Below the pieces are notes generated by a model that was given only the letters and a program-made list of their open reading frames with translations, was not told where the DNA came from and searched no databases. A DNA stretch of 63,326 nt, counting the filler, from Collodictyon triciliatum (Eukaryota), in NCBI GenBank assembly GCA_043381765.1. It is 4 parts of 4 records of this genome, joined end to end, with 100 filler letters (N's around TTAATTAATTAA, not from the genome) between each part and the next. Parts side by side here need not be neighbours in the genome. Positions count along the whole stretch, not along the records: positions 19,594 to 39,070 come from JBHJMP010001298.1; positions 39,171 to 58,628 come from JBHJMP010001299.1; 2 more parts are not named here. The stretch is one strand, 5' to 3'. This document shows positions 25,601 through 39,226 of the stretch, in pieces. The stretch's first letter is position 1; each line of letters opens with the position of its first letter. The translations under genes were made by a program, and so were the position numbers.

Positions 25601-28474
25601 GAAACTCGTTAGTATTCATCTATGGAATAAATGTTTCTAATTTGTTTACAATATGGGAATTGGTTTGTTTCAGAAGACAGATCACATACTTGGTAGACTG
25701 GGTTTCCAGCAGCATCAATAACCAATACGGCTCCTTATGTAATGATGTTGCGATACCAATCGAATTGAGCATTAGTATGAGACGAGTAAAAGAGAAAGAG
25801 AAACACAGGCGTGTGGATGAGATTATGGTTTGTCTATGACATTTATATTAAATTCATATTTAGAGGACCTGGGAATCGGGTGCTCATGTAGAGTGGAACA
25901 GTGAAGGTTCCTTGAATTCTACGATAAATGTTTGCATTGAACTCGTCCGTAATACGAGTAATTTCGTAGGTAGGGCCCGCTTTAGTAGGAATAAGAAGGG
26001 GAATAAGAATAATGATAATGAACATGGGTGAATTGTTCGGTTGATTGATGAATTGAATATAAATTGTACTATGAAATTCATGTGTAATTGTGGTTTACTC
26101 GAAGGCTTGAATGGAGAATTAGGTGGTGAGGATAGAGGAGGGTATACCTGATGTGATACGGGAGAAAGCATCATCTCGAGCATAAACAAGGCGCCCAGAA
26201 ACGGATTGCTAAATCGATGTTTCACAAAATATTTCAACTAATGAGGATGATTTGTTGCTCTTCATTTAGTTCTGCCACAGATATTGACACATTCATGACT
26301 GTGCACTAGCACTGCATGGGGATTGTTTTCACATACTACTCTGGCCAAAAGACACAAACTAATTACCTTTGAGGCAGTGGTGAAATCCCAGGCGAGTTGG
26401 AGAGTAGATCTCTTCCAGCCATATTGTTCCAAGGTGGAAAAGATGCCCTCAAAAAGCTGAGGTATATAATATTAGATACGAGCTCAGCTTTATCGTCTTT
26501 CGATGGGTCACAATTATTTGTACACAGATTCTTTTCTAGCTTTTTTGTTATTCTCGAATATGGACGAAATAAAAATTAAATGTTTGAATGTGTGAAGAAA
26601 TTACGCTTCTGCGTCCTTCAATGTCGTAGTTATCCGTTGGGATTCCATCACGAAGGGCGATGAATCCAGAGCTGGGAGTAATATCCTGTTGATAGGTAAT
26701 CGTAACTATCAATATCACAGCATTTAGAGCTAAGAAGATGAAGACGTAAAATGTGGAGAAAAAAAGGGGCGAACCAGGCCACGGGTATTCTTCAGGTTTC
26801 TCATAGCGATGATATATCGAGAGCTATCGCTCAATCTGTGTAAAAGTAACATGAAAGATGTTATTGTTGATTGGATAATCTATGTTTAGCTATTATTTTT
26901 CTATTCCCTGCCTTAATAGAGATGCTTGTACAATATCTAGACATCTATTTTTGAATTGACAAGAACACCGTAGTAAGTGATCATTGTTGAATAAATTAAT
27001 CACCGATAAGATGGCTGCAAGAGCAGAGAACGGCGAGTGGTGTTTTCAGTAGTCATGTCAATTTCTGCCCAGTGAGGGATGACTTTCCCAGTACTGACTT
27101 CCAAGATAAGAGTTGGACAGTCCGCAAGTGTTGAGCGATCCATGTCCTGAGGATTTGTACCAGTAGAGGATGGGTTAAGAATGTTAAAGTTAAGATGGAG
27201 CACATCAACTCAAGAAACCTACATCAACGCGAGAAGTACTATGCGAGGGAAAGAAATAATGAGCTTCATGTCATAAAAAGATAATTCTTTTTCCAGGTCG
27301 TACAAATAGATAGGGTTTCCTCTATCTTTTTATATTAGTAAACAGAAAGTGAAGGTGTAAGAAAAAAAATTATATAAAAAAAAACCCAATGAGGGGGCAA
27401 GTTAGAGACGTCCACAGTCTCAGAGAAGAGGGTCATGATTGTCCCAGATGCACTGAACCCTAAATTCATCCATGTAAATCATTTAGGTCAGTTTCTCTTC
27501 ACACTCTCTTCGGCAAGTAAAGTTTCAATATTTTGCATGGCTCGAGAACAGGGAATGGGAGGGGACATTGCTGAGCATTCGGCAATTATAAGTGAAATTC
27601 ACAGAAAATGAAGAAAAGCAATATACATATTAAAAAAAAGTATGACATTAAGGGATTATCACAGCGAAAGGCCAAGGAAAGAAATGAAGAGTAAACGGAC
27701 CGTCCATTGTATTCCACTCGGCGGGATTGATAGGCTTTCCTTGATTATCCTTGGGGAAGGTGTCCAACGGAATAATAACTCGCTTTCCGGACGGGGTTGA
27801 GCGGTCATCCACAGCATAAAAGTTACTGTGTTATTTGCGTTGTGTGTTAGTCAACAACGACGTGGAGGACGATTAAACAATACAAAACAATACAAATATA
27901 AGCCTGGTGCATAAAGAAGCGAATATGATTATCAGAGTTTGCAGTGTATTTAAATAGAAAAAAAGACAACGAAAAAAATTCATAACAGGGCAGAATGAAA
28001 AGAGTTGAGGGCGGTATAGTTACTTGGGCCACGGGAAGGCACATTGATCCGGGGCCTTCAAAATAGAACGTACACCGATTTAATAAGTACATGTTTGGAA
28101 GGATAAATTATTATTTTTTTTAACATTTTGCTTGACATATATGAAAGAAAGTGAGATGTCTGGATATTGCGAAATAAATGACGGACGATCGGGTCGCAGG
28201 GGCCGAAAGCGAGCTTTCCTGTAATTTGCACAGTTAAGCCGGTCCTTTTTTTCTTTTTTTTTTTTAATGTTGTCTTACACTAATGATTTGAGACACTCTT
28301 TTTCATGGGTTCCAATATCATGATTGAGTGCTTTCAAGGGCTCCAACGACACATATTATACGTCGACCTTTAAGAATTGGGTGTACCAGGTTGGAGGATC
28401 GGGGCGGACCACACAAGGGCAGCAGAGAAGATGCAGAACGCAGCGAAGGCAGAAAAAGAGCTGAAAAACCTCAT
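22679..28474 (-). CDS. Secreted alpha/beta-hydrolase (lipase-like, bacterial-type), many small exons, crosses an N gap
   Basis: Signal peptide MRFFSSFSAFAAFCIFSAALVWS. Later exons give CAFPWPNNFY, IPHWAEID, LAWDFTTAS, ILQYGHGLFG, YYGN-S-QGGILG (nucleophile elbow), ALHDSQV, DTH/EKPRR and FFFNTGGIRNFCEGPCIGV*. Confidence 0.75.
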
Positions 28475-28798
28475 TCGCCTTAGTAGTCACGTTGCGGTGA
28501 AGGGTTTATGTAGTTAGACAACTCACACTCGTGTGCTTTTTCATGTGTGTGTGTTTTTTTAGAGAACAAAATTGGACGGGTTTTTGAGGTGGGGAACGAA
28601 TTAGGTGGGCTGTTCGACATAGGGAAATAAACTTTATTGGCAAAGAGCTATGAATGATATTTAATTATTCTAGGTATATAGAATAAATAAATATCAATGA
28701 ATGTACTGAGTGTTCAAGCTTATATCTTGGCTTCTTCACTTCAATTAATTGAGCACAAGGCTTGTCAAGGAGCCGGTTAGGCAAAACGAAATAGAGGT

Positions 28799-28838
<40 letters not shown>

Positions 28839-29029
28839 AAGTAAAGTAGCAGAATACACGGCTTCCACTCAGCCACAAAAGAGCCGAGATCTCTAGCCAA
28901 AAGAATCGGCCAGGTTTTAAGTCAGATAACGGATAACGGTGAACAACAAAGACCGTTTTAGGAGCTGAAATGGCAGTTTTCGTGGAGGGGAGTAGGCTCT
29001 TGTCTGGCGTGCTAAGTGATCAAACGGAA

Positions 29030-29205
29030 GAAAGGGAAAAAAGGAAGAAAAAAAGGAAAAAGGAAAAAGGAAAAAGGAAAAAGGAAAGAGGAAAGAGGAA
29101 AAAGGAAAAAGGAAAAAGGAAAAAGGAAAAAGGAAAAAGGAAAAAGGAAAAAGGAAAAAGGAAAAAGGAAAAAGGAAAAAGGAAAAAGGAAAGAAGAAAA
29201 AAAGA
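29030..29205. repeat. (GGAAAAA)n microsatellite
   Basis: Direct inspection. Confidence 0.95.
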
Positions 29206-29930
29206 AAACAGCGCCGTTTTGGAGACAGAATCATCAAGGCCATGCGTTTTCACACTGTTTATCTTTTACATATGCATTTACGACGGACGCGCCCTGCTGA
29301 GTCTGACTTTGCTCGGGCCTTGTTCTCAAGGATAAGTGGCAGCCCCACCCCGGCCACCTCCTTGGCGTTTGACGTTTTGCATCTGCCCCTTCACAATAAG
29401 GAAGATTGAGTTGGGTGTGGGGTTTTTATTACTCGTGTTTGAAAAAGAAAATCCACATTTGGACATGTTCGGGTTGTGTGTGTATGACGTAATATCCTTC
29501 GAATGGGTGTTGCGAACTGCCAAATCCGTATAACAAAGTAGTATTGTGGGTATTTCAAGGTCAACTTCCGCGAACGTGTAGTTTATTTATTTTTATAATT
29601 ATATGTAATATAATATTGTGTATTTTGATTTTTTGTAGTATATTTAAAATATAATAGATATATAAATTATGATATTAAATAATATCCAGATATAGATGAA
29701 TTGAACTAACCCACATCCTCATGAGGAAACTTCCTTTCACAGGCGCTCTCAAGTCCAACGCCTTATCTACGATTCTTTGGCGCGCGCACCCATCCACGTG
29801 ACGCCTCGAGAATGCAGCCACCTTTGAAGGAAGCCAAAGACCCGGCGAAATTCGATCGAGCAGCGAAGCCCTGCGCCAAAGGAGAAGCAAAAACACCAAC
29901 AACAAAAACACCAACACCAACAACAACACC

Positions 29931-29974
<44 letters not shown>

Positions 29975-30177
29975 CTAACCAGCCCGTCTAGTCATAACCC
30001 CACACAGACCCCATTCCAACCTGTCACCCAAACATAGCCATCCCTTCCACAACAACAACAACAACAACAACAAACCTGCCAGCATTCCCCTATCCGCACA
30101 CACATCACACCACCCCAAAGCAAAGCTCCCGCGCACAGGCCACTAACCGCAAGCGGCCACCCGGGCAGAACCACGGG

Positions 30178-33100
30178 ATGACCACGACACTCCTTGTAGC
30201 GCGGACACCATCGCGCGGGCGTCTGCCGTCGCTGGTGGAGGAGAGCGGACGGGGCCCCCGGCGCCCAAGCGTAGGCACCGCGCCGCCGTCGCCGTCGAAC
30301 GGAGGGGGCAGCCTGAGGGACGAGACGTGCAACCCCGGCGCACACGGGGCGAGCGTGTCCCACCCGCCGTCGCACTCGGCCTCGGTCAGCAGCACGACGC
30401 ACCCGCACAACCAGGTGGGCGGCGGGGCGCTCGGCGACTCGCTCGGGGCGGGCGCTGTCTCGCGGCGTGGCTCGGCCCTCAGCCTGCACCCGCGGCGCCG
30501 CTCCGTCCTCTCCTCCTCCACCGCCCTGTCCCACGCGCCGCCCTCTGCGCCGCTGCCGCTGCACCTCTCCCTCTCCGCCTCCGTCTCCACCGCCATGGCC
30601 CTGGCCCTGCCCGCCCCGCCCTCCCATCGCCTGCCCAACCCCCGCTTTGGCCTGCCCATCCCCGCCGCCGCCGACTCCCTGCGCCGCCTCGGCCGCCTCT
30701 TTGCCCCCGGCGGCCTCTCCTACGACGCCGCGCAGCCGCCCCGCCCCCCGTCTCGCCCGGACTCGCCCTCTGTCTTTGCCCCCGCCCTCGTCTCTGTCGG
30801 CGCGTGTGCGGCTGCCGCCTCCGCCCTCGCTGCTGCCCTTGCCGCCCACGCGCTCTGGCTCGCCCTCTCTGCCTCGGCCTCGGCCTCTGTCCCGGCAGCC
30901 ATCCCTGCCGCGGGCGTGGCTGCCCTTGTCCTTGCCGCCCTGGACTGGTACCGGACAAAAGATATGCTGCCTTTTGTGCGGAGGCTCTCGCTCCTCTTGC
31001 ATCTCGTGGCTTTTCTCGGCGTTTGGCTGCTCCACCCTGCATGGGTCGTGTGGATGCTCCCTGCTGTTTGCTTTCCGCTTTTCTTTGCTCACCAGTAACC
31101 TTTTATTTTATATTGTATTTCATTCTGTATATGAGGTTGCTTGTATGTTTGTACTAAAAGTATTCATTAACCTCGCCGTGTAATTTTCTTTTATTTTAAA
31201 AGAATAATCATCCATGCGCGTTTGTCCCCATTTACTCTCTCATGTCTGTCTCTGTGCGGTGTTGTTATGCATAGAGCAACGAATGGATTTCATGTCATAT
31301 GTCCAGTTCTGATAGGCACTGCGTATTTGCTTGATTATGGGGGTGTTCGTCCGATGGACTATTCTTTCCCAAATCCGGTTCCTTTCCTCCTATTCTCTCT
31401 TGCATCTTTCCTTCTATTCGTCGAATTCTTTGTGAGGGTCATTTACCATCAGGTGCTTCTCCAATCATACAAATTTCCTTATAGCATTGATTGTAAGTGA
31501 TGATTGGTATTGCCAAGTAATTCTCTAAAATAATCCTCTTTTTTTTTTTTTGATGTTGTTGTGCTTTTTTTTTCTTCTCCCGTTTAATAGTTTGATGTCT
31601 CTTGTGATGAATTTGTCAGAACCGTCAATTTGCTAAAGAACCAAAATAGGTACCCTAATATTCCATTGAAAAGAAAATGGCTCTGCTTCATATACTTATT
31701 ATGTCGATTCCCAGATGAAGAAATAGCTCCTTTAAGAATGTTGAGTACTTTTTTTTTATAGGACTTTGAAAACTGAAATCAAAGAATTAAGAAACGTACA
31801 AACTGAAGAGGTATTTGACCATAAATACCTTCGAATTTAGTGGACTATATGCTTATTTCTCTTGCTTAATAACATTTTCCGAAGAAGGACGAAAAAAAAA
31901 AAAGGGAAAAGAAGTCCTTCTTCAAAGTAACTCGCATTCTGTTTGTTTGTTTTCTTTTCTTTTATCGTCAGATCCTCGGCAGTCCAGCTGAAAAGGCTAT
32001 AAATATCCTTCGATCGATCGTTTCTGACCCAAAAGGTTCTTCTCAAATTATACGCACCAATCCATTATGACTGCATCCTTATCAATTGAGGAAGAAAATT
32101 TTTTGACACATTTATATCACCAGTGGCCATGTCAGAAAGTCAAAAGAGTGATATCCATTTAATCATCCGACTCATCGGCAGCAACAAGATGTACGTGTCT
32201 AATGCATCATACGGCAACATCAAACCAGCAGAAGGTAGTATGATTAAATTATAGCCACTCGTATATATTTCAATGAAATTTGCCTATTTCCGCATTATTT
32301 TCTCATACCATCTCAAAATTGCCAAAATCTTTTCTTTTAAAATCGATATCAACAATAAACAAAATGTATTAAAGGGGTGGATGATGAAACACATAAATGG
32401 GTCTTGGACCAACTTGTCCAACAAAATATCGACGAGCCAAAGCAAGAAGTTGAACAGGAACAAGTGAATTTACCTGGTTTGGTGATTTCTCTGTTGTTTT
32501 TGCTATAGACCTTTACAAAAAAAAAAAAAACATAATTGTCTCATATCACCATGATGTATTATTATTTTTTTAAAAAAAAAAACGCTACCATGCAATTTTT
32601 CAACAAAAAAATGAATATAGGAGTGCCTGATAATAAGTCTACTGAAGCAGCAGACATAATGGTGGCACAGGTGAATCGTGTGTACGCTGAACCCCATTCG
32701 AGAACAAAAAGAATGCCACTGATGGATCCAAAAGCTGCTCAGTCCAAATATATGGCCCTTTACAATATGTAAGTTCCCTTTAGACAGTCTTTTATTTTTA
32801 TTTTATCTTAAACTTAACTGGTTCTCTTAAGAATTTTGACAGAAGATATAAATTAATTTGTGCAAATAATCCATATTGTCATATCCCCCGGTAGGCTTTA
32901 ATACAGCTGTCCGTTGTTAAAATTTAGGACCGACCGCCTGTCGAATGTACTAGAAAATGTGGACAATTGGAATTTTGATATTCTCGAATTTAATCAATTG
33001 GTCGACGGTGAGTAGATTTATTTTGCAGACATATTTAAATCACTCGACACAAAAAAATTTTTGACATAGCCTTTTGATTTCGACCCTGACAACCCTGTTT

Positions 33101-35241
33101 ATTTTCTTTTTGCGTGTGCCACTAGGTCATGCATTGTACGTTCTTGGTTGTTATCTACTGAATCGTTACGAATTTCCAGCAGAATATGGCATTACAGATG
33201 AGGTTATTGATGCAATTCATCTGTAATTCCACTTTACTTCGACTTAGATTTAGACATCATAGGTGCTTCGGCAATTTATGGCCGCAATAGAGGAAGGCTA
33301 TGTTGATACACCATATCATAATGCACTTCACGCTGCTGATGTGTTGCAGTCTTTTAATAGCTTGATTTGTAGGGGAGGCCTGCTAAGGTGCTTGTTTGAG
33401 TATTTAATGGTCCTTTCCCATAAATAGTTTGGTCTTTATTTTCCCTTTTTCATTTGTGAAATATGGGTGGCTTTCACCTTGGTTCACTGGCCTTCGATAT
33501 CAACATTTTTACGAGTGCTTGTATTGCTCATTCTATTTCCCTTATTGGTGCGTTGAAACTTGCCTAATATTTATATTTTCCATTATAATCATTTACTCTG
33601 TAATCATCCCACATGTATTTGGAAACTCTTGATTAAGTAACTCGCAAATAAGTAAAGCAATGGTTTTTTTTTCTATAAACCAGAGTCCTTGAGCCCACCG
33701 AAATTTTTTCATGCCTGTTCGCAAGTGTTATACATGATTTCAAACACCCGGGTGTAAACAATAACTTCCTCATCAGTACAGAAGACCCATTGGCGATATC
33801 ATTTAATGACATATCGGTAATGCTAATTATACTAAGCATGCGACTATTGTTAAGAGACTCATATCTTCATTTTTTTTTTACTGACGCCTTTGTCCCTTTG
33901 TATATTTCCGCATTTTTTTTTCGCATGATTTTTTAACCTAAGTCTCTATGAAAGGTGCTGGAAAGTTATCATGCATCAGAAGCTTTCCGCCTGATGACTG
34001 ACGAAAAGTATGGAATCCTAAAGAACGTTCCAAAAGACATGTAATATCTTATTTAATATATAGTTGGTTATTTATGTAGTGGTATAGGACATATTTTATA
34101 TTAATTTATTCGATGTCATTTTTACTTCAATGGACTTTACAACCAAACTGCTTCGTTGATTAGAAAAAAGAAGATTCGAAAGACATCTATTGAATTAGTT
34201 CTTGCAACGGATATGTCTAAACATGCAGACATTATGGGAGCTCTGAAAAACTCTATCGCTGTCGGAGGTTCGTTTGTGATTTTTTGTTTTTTATTTATAA
34301 TTTCTTTCTTTTCTTCATTTTCTTCGTTTTCTTCTTTTCTTCTTTTCTTCTTTTCTTTTCTTCTTTTCTTTTCTTCTTTTCTTTTCTTTTTTCTTGGTTT
34401 CTTTTCTTTTTTCTTGGTCTCTTTTCCCTCCCAAATTTCACCAACCTAAAATAGTGAATGAATAACAGAACTGACGGGGTCTTCGTTCGACAGCCGGCTA
34501 TTGATGATGAAGATGGCTATAAAGTTGTCTGACGTTTCGAACCCTGCCAAACTCCCTCATATTGCCCAAGAATGGACACGGCGCATTACTGATGAATTCT
34601 ACAATCAGGTTGATACACATCCCCATTGCGTTTCCGTTCCTGTGTCCGCATATGTATCTTCATTTTCGTTGTACTTATTTCCGTAGAAACTAACGTCATA
34701 AAAAAAAAAACGTCCAGGGGGATAAAGAGAAAGAACGGACCTTACCAATAAGCCCCTTCATGGACAGAACACAACCAGTTTTGTCAAAGTCCCAGATAGG
34801 ATTCATTTCCTTTGTAGTACAGCCTCTGGCAGAGCTGTGGCATTCTGCCTTCAACACTGGAGACGACTGCATACACAACCTGAATGTGAACTTGGAATAC
34901 TGGAAATCACGTGTAAGTTGATGTATCACCTCGAAACGCCTTGCTCACCCAAGAATAATTTTCTACCAAGCCCATCACCTCATCCAGTGAAACAATCATG
35001 ATAACACGATGTGAAACCCTGCTTTGCACAGGCGGAAATGGAACAGACCGGCCTACAACAGCCTCCACAGACTTCAACCCTTCCACCGCCGCCCCGCTCT
35101 CCGATGCTGGGAAAGCGGTCAGCCCCTGTTATCAATACAAACGAGCCACCCACGCCTGCCGAGAACCAAACACCGAAGCGCGACCCGTCCTTGAATACGT
35201 GCCAAGTATCCCCTGCTGTGTTGGACCCGGGTCTCAAATGA
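30178..35241 (+). CDS. Class I 3',5'-cyclic nucleotide phosphodiesterase with N-terminal multi-TM region
   Basis: Exons encode PYHNALHAADV, IHDFKHPGVNNNFL, VLESYHAS, LATDMSKH, IKLSDVSNPAK, EFYNQ/GDKE and QIGFISFVVQPL. Hydrophobic helices lie in the exons at 30770-31432. The start is approximate. Confidence 0.88.
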
Positions 35242-35636
35242 CTGCACTCTCGCGTGCCTGTTGGATTCTTGGGTCAACCCAAGAGCGATGAATGAACCCT
35301 TTCATTTATACGTCATAAAGAAAAAAGGAAAGAAAAGAGGGATTGTAAACAGCACAACCTCCGGCTCTTCTCTTTCTCATTGACTCTCACTTAAGAAACA
35401 ATGAAAAGGATTTGGATTTTATTTTTTTGTCCTTGGTTCTGTTCTTGTTTTAATTTTGACTGTTTGGGGGATAATAGGAGAGGCGAGCAGGCTATAACTT
35501 TGTAATGGAATCAGAAATATACTTTCTGTGTTAGTCCGAGGCTTTTTTTTCTTTTTGTTTGTTTGTAAGGATAATGAAAGGCCCGGGCGTAGAAAGTTAA
35601 TGAGAGGGAATGAAAACAGCACATTGGGTGGGACTC

Positions 35637-37811
35637 TTATGCAGTGGCTCCGGAACCAATTGTATTGTAGGTAACATTGCGGGTGAGGACAGACTGTAAG
35701 AAAACATATCAGGACGAGCCAAAAGGATGAATTAGATAAAGCACATGATGATAGCGCCTTAGATTGGATAACTTACAGATTGCAATGTGCTCTTTGGTGT
35801 GCTTGTTGGTTTCCAATTTGGCCCAACGATCTTCTTCTTGCTTTCGCTAATTCGCGGTATTATTAGTTGTTTTGTTTTTTTACTATGTTAGAATTATGAT
35901 GTAATTAAATTGGATAATTGATGGCGAGATGGACTCACTGCTCTGCCTCCAATTCTTTGATAGCTTCGCTGTTATAGAGGCTTTCTTTGTACTCTGGGAA
36001 TGCTGCAAATGTACTGTTGTATCCCTGTTTAAATGTCAGACAAATGAGCAAAAACTAGGATGGGGCGAACTTCGGTCGCCGTACAAATGTTATATGGATA
36101 TGCACACACAGCACACAACACAACACAACACAACACAACACAACACAACACAACACAACACAACACAACACAACACAACACAACACAACACAAACTCAAA
36201 TGCCAAAATCGAAGATACCTGGAGTGGTGTGTGACTAGGAACGAAGGGGTGGCTCAATGATACAAGTTTTTTAGGCTTGGCTCTTACAGGGGGTAATTCT
36301 GAGATGACATATGCGATGTATAAGAGAAATGTAGTGAAATTCAGATACCAACTCTTGTAATTAGTTAGACATTTAAGTGTGAAAGGAGGAACGAGTAAAT
36401 TGTGTGATTGATAGATTGATAGATAAAAATCGCATTTATCGCTGATCTTCGTTCTGGTCCACGTACCACGATCAATAGTGTATATCTTGGAGGTACCAAC
36501 ATGAGGATAGGCATCGAAAACATCCAATGAATGACTCATAGCCTTGAATGCGTTAGCATTTTGCTTCTTAATGTGTTGTTCTTTCTCCTTCTGCAGCCAT
36601 ATAACACATCAGTAATGTCAATGGGGCGTGACACAAATGCCTACATTCAAACTTGGGGATATACCACTTACCATCTCGTGCTCATGAGCAGCTTCGTAAG
36701 GCTCAGACATGTAGCGAGGTTCTTTCCCTATAGTTGTACCCATGTATCCGTATGATCCTATAAGAAAAACCATTAAGACACTGACCACGATTTTGCTTTG
36801 AAGGCTTGATAAGTGTGCGCAGGGAAGTGTTATGTTTCCAAATCGAAAAATTAATTACTAAGAGCAACTTTTTGGCATGGATTTATGGAGCGGTGAGAAG
36901 AGAAGAGAGGAGAGATGAGGAAAGCCATTGAAGCGATACAGTAAGGAATAAGCTTAAATAACACAACAAAAATGTGATAATATTTGATCTTTAAAACCTT
37001 TTTTGTGAGGGCTTGTCTGTATCTGTCTTGTTTCATGGGTGATTTTAGGCTTCTGAATTGGCCCTTGTTCAGTATACTCGATCTTCCCTCCAATTCGCCC
37101 GTAGTTTGTTCCTAGCCCGACACTAGTAGACATGATCCACTTAATATTCAAGAAACTTTGCGAAGTATAAGTTCACCAGTATACGACATCCATCATCATT
37201 ATGAATATATAAAAGTAGTCGCATTGCAGTCAATAAGATAGGATAGTAAAAGAATTAGAAGAAAAAAAGCATCAAGACATAGTCCAGATTTTCATGAGGT
37301 ATTGTGTTGGTTAGGAGACGGCTTAGTCAAACAAGCACGTACGATTTTTTTGGTGGGCTGGACGGAACAAAGCCATTTGGTGTTAAGTTTTTCTTGGACT
37401 CCTGATATCGCTCCTTGCGCTCCAATTCTCCGGGATTGTGGTAGACTTCACCGTCAAAGAGGCGATTCATTTGGTAGTTTCTATTGGTCCAGTTGTCTCC
37501 AGTCTGGCCTCTTTTTGCAGGACTTGTCTGAAGCTGTCGCCCAACATCCCGGGGCTTTGGTGCTAGTTTTAGGGACGAGTTTAAAATTGGTCTTTCACGA
37601 GCATGGTTCTCTTTCGTTCCCTTTCGACGAGATGAACTAAAAGTCTCCTTTCCAACTCCATTCTGCACAGGCACCAACCTTGCTTAACCCCGAACGGATC
37701 GCCTATTCCGACAGACGTGGAGTTTGAAAAGAACCCGGTCCACGGGAGATCGCGCCCAGCTGCACCAGGCGCACCACTTGCTCCGCCAATTGCCCCGGAC
37801 TGTGAGCTCAT
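35637..37811 (-). CDS. CFAP96: Cilia/flagella-associated protein 96 (C4orf47/DUF4586-like), multi-exon
   Basis: GFFSNSTSVGIGDPF, RLFDGEVY..ESKKNL..FVPSSPPKK, VGLGTNYGRIGG, TSPHKK/GSYGYMGTTIGK and FVPSH../GYNSTFAAFPEY match recalled C4orf47 motifs. Confidence 0.72.
36113..36192. repeat. (CACAA)n microsatellite, intronic
   Basis: Direct inspection. Confidence 0.95.
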
Positions 37812-38374
37812 GCCTTCGACTTCACCTATGCCCGGTTCCTTGTCTGACTTTTTTCTGTGGGCCTTCTCCCTACGCGTACAACTGCGTCTGAGGATGGGAA
37901 GCATTAGGACAAGGTCAGTTGGGGGAATTGCAGGGCGATCGAGTCGCCTGTGTTGTGGTGTCCAGGCAGGGCTCTCGCTTACTCTCCACGATGCTCAGCG
38001 GCAACAGCTCACCCGCTCAGTTTGACTTTGCCCGTTCGCTCTCAACCACGCGGATGTTGTGTTTGTATATTATTGTTGCTGTGGTTTGACAGGCGGGCTT
38101 CTGGGCATATATCTGGCCGGCTGAATGTCCAACTGATTCAATGAAAAATCCTAATGTAAGTGTTTTCATTGAATATTAAATTTTATTCATGTCTAAATAA
38201 GATTGTTCAACGGAAACCGTTGTGCCTATTCAGGTAGTGTCAATCATAGGGAAGGGTTTTGTTGGGTGGCGGGGCGTCTATGCGGCCATTGGTGGCTGGT
38301 GCCAGGTAAGCAACGGTTATGAATATATTATTATATATCAAATTAATTTCACAACGTAAATGTACTTTCAAAAT

Positions 38375-38433
38375 ATGATAAAAATAGATTTCTTTGAATC
38401 GAATAAAGGAAAAAAAATGATAAAAATAGATTT
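38375..38433 (+). mobile_element. Micro retro-insertion family A (TTGAATCGAATAAAGG-polyA), 17-bp TSD
   Basis: ATGATAAAAATAGATTT flanks the 25-nt insert 38392-38416 on both sides. Confidence 0.75.
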
Positions 38434-39070
38434 ATCAATATATTCCGCAAATAGATTTAGATTGATGCAGATCACTAAGAGTTGCAACACAAGTCCCCCA
38501 GTGAAGACCCGGGGTGTGATTAGAGCGGGCGGTGGCGCGCAAAGGAAGTCGGGAGGCCCTAGGCGCTTTGTCACTTGCCAGGCTGCGTGCATGCGATATC
38601 TTTGTGCTCTGTATAGGTTGGAACTAAGACCATTAGCCTGCTCTCTCGGCTCACTTGTCTCGTCTTTTGGTCATGGGCTGGGTCGCTGTACCCTTTTCTT
38701 TGCTTTATTTTTTTCGACGCGTGGGAGTGGGGAGTTTTGGGCCTGGCCTGCTTGTTGCGCCTTATCTTGGTATATGGTGTGGGATGCCAGGCGTATTCCT
38801 CGTCTGCTTACCAATCAGTAACTAAGTAGCCATAGATACAACTGGCTTACGAGAAAACGTAACATAGCGACGATACAAGAGCAAAAAGAAAAAAAAAGCC
38901 CCTCCCAAGAAAAGAAGAAGCGCAGGATATACTTAACTTCTCAAGTTTGTATTTATTCTCAGGGTAAGCCGCACTTCATCAAAGTTATGTATAAAACAAA
39001 AAACAAAAAACAAAAAAACAAAAAACAAAAAAACAAAAAACAAAAAAACAAAAAACAAAAAACAAAAAAC

Positions 39071-39170
39071 NNNNNNNNNNNNNNNNNNNNNNNNNNNNNN
39101 NNNNNNNNNNNNNNTTAATTAATTAANNNNNNNNNNNNNNNNNNNNNNNNNNNNNNNNNNNNNNNNNNNN
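39071..39170. other. Artificial contig-joining spacer
   Basis: Same N44-TTAATTAATTAA-N44 pattern. Confidence 0.95.

Positions 39171-39226
<56 letters not shown>

Noticed and set aside
29992-31183. Several long overlapping ORFs on both strands (also at 325-2705 and 17548-19125)
   Set aside because: These are shadow ORFs caused by stop-codon scarcity in GC-rich coding DNA.
38215-38318. Minus-strand CTTACCTGG resembling the U1 snRNA 5' end, with 8-bp inverted ends
   Set aside because: No U1-70K loop or Sm site follows. It is more simply a plus-strand CAG/GTAAGC donor or chance.
38480-38855. RNase P/MRP-like motifs (GGAAGTC.. and ACAACTGGCTTA)
   Set aside because: A canonical P4 pairing with the bulged U cannot be formed, and the 3' motif is explained by a local hairpin. 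An Infernal search would be needed.
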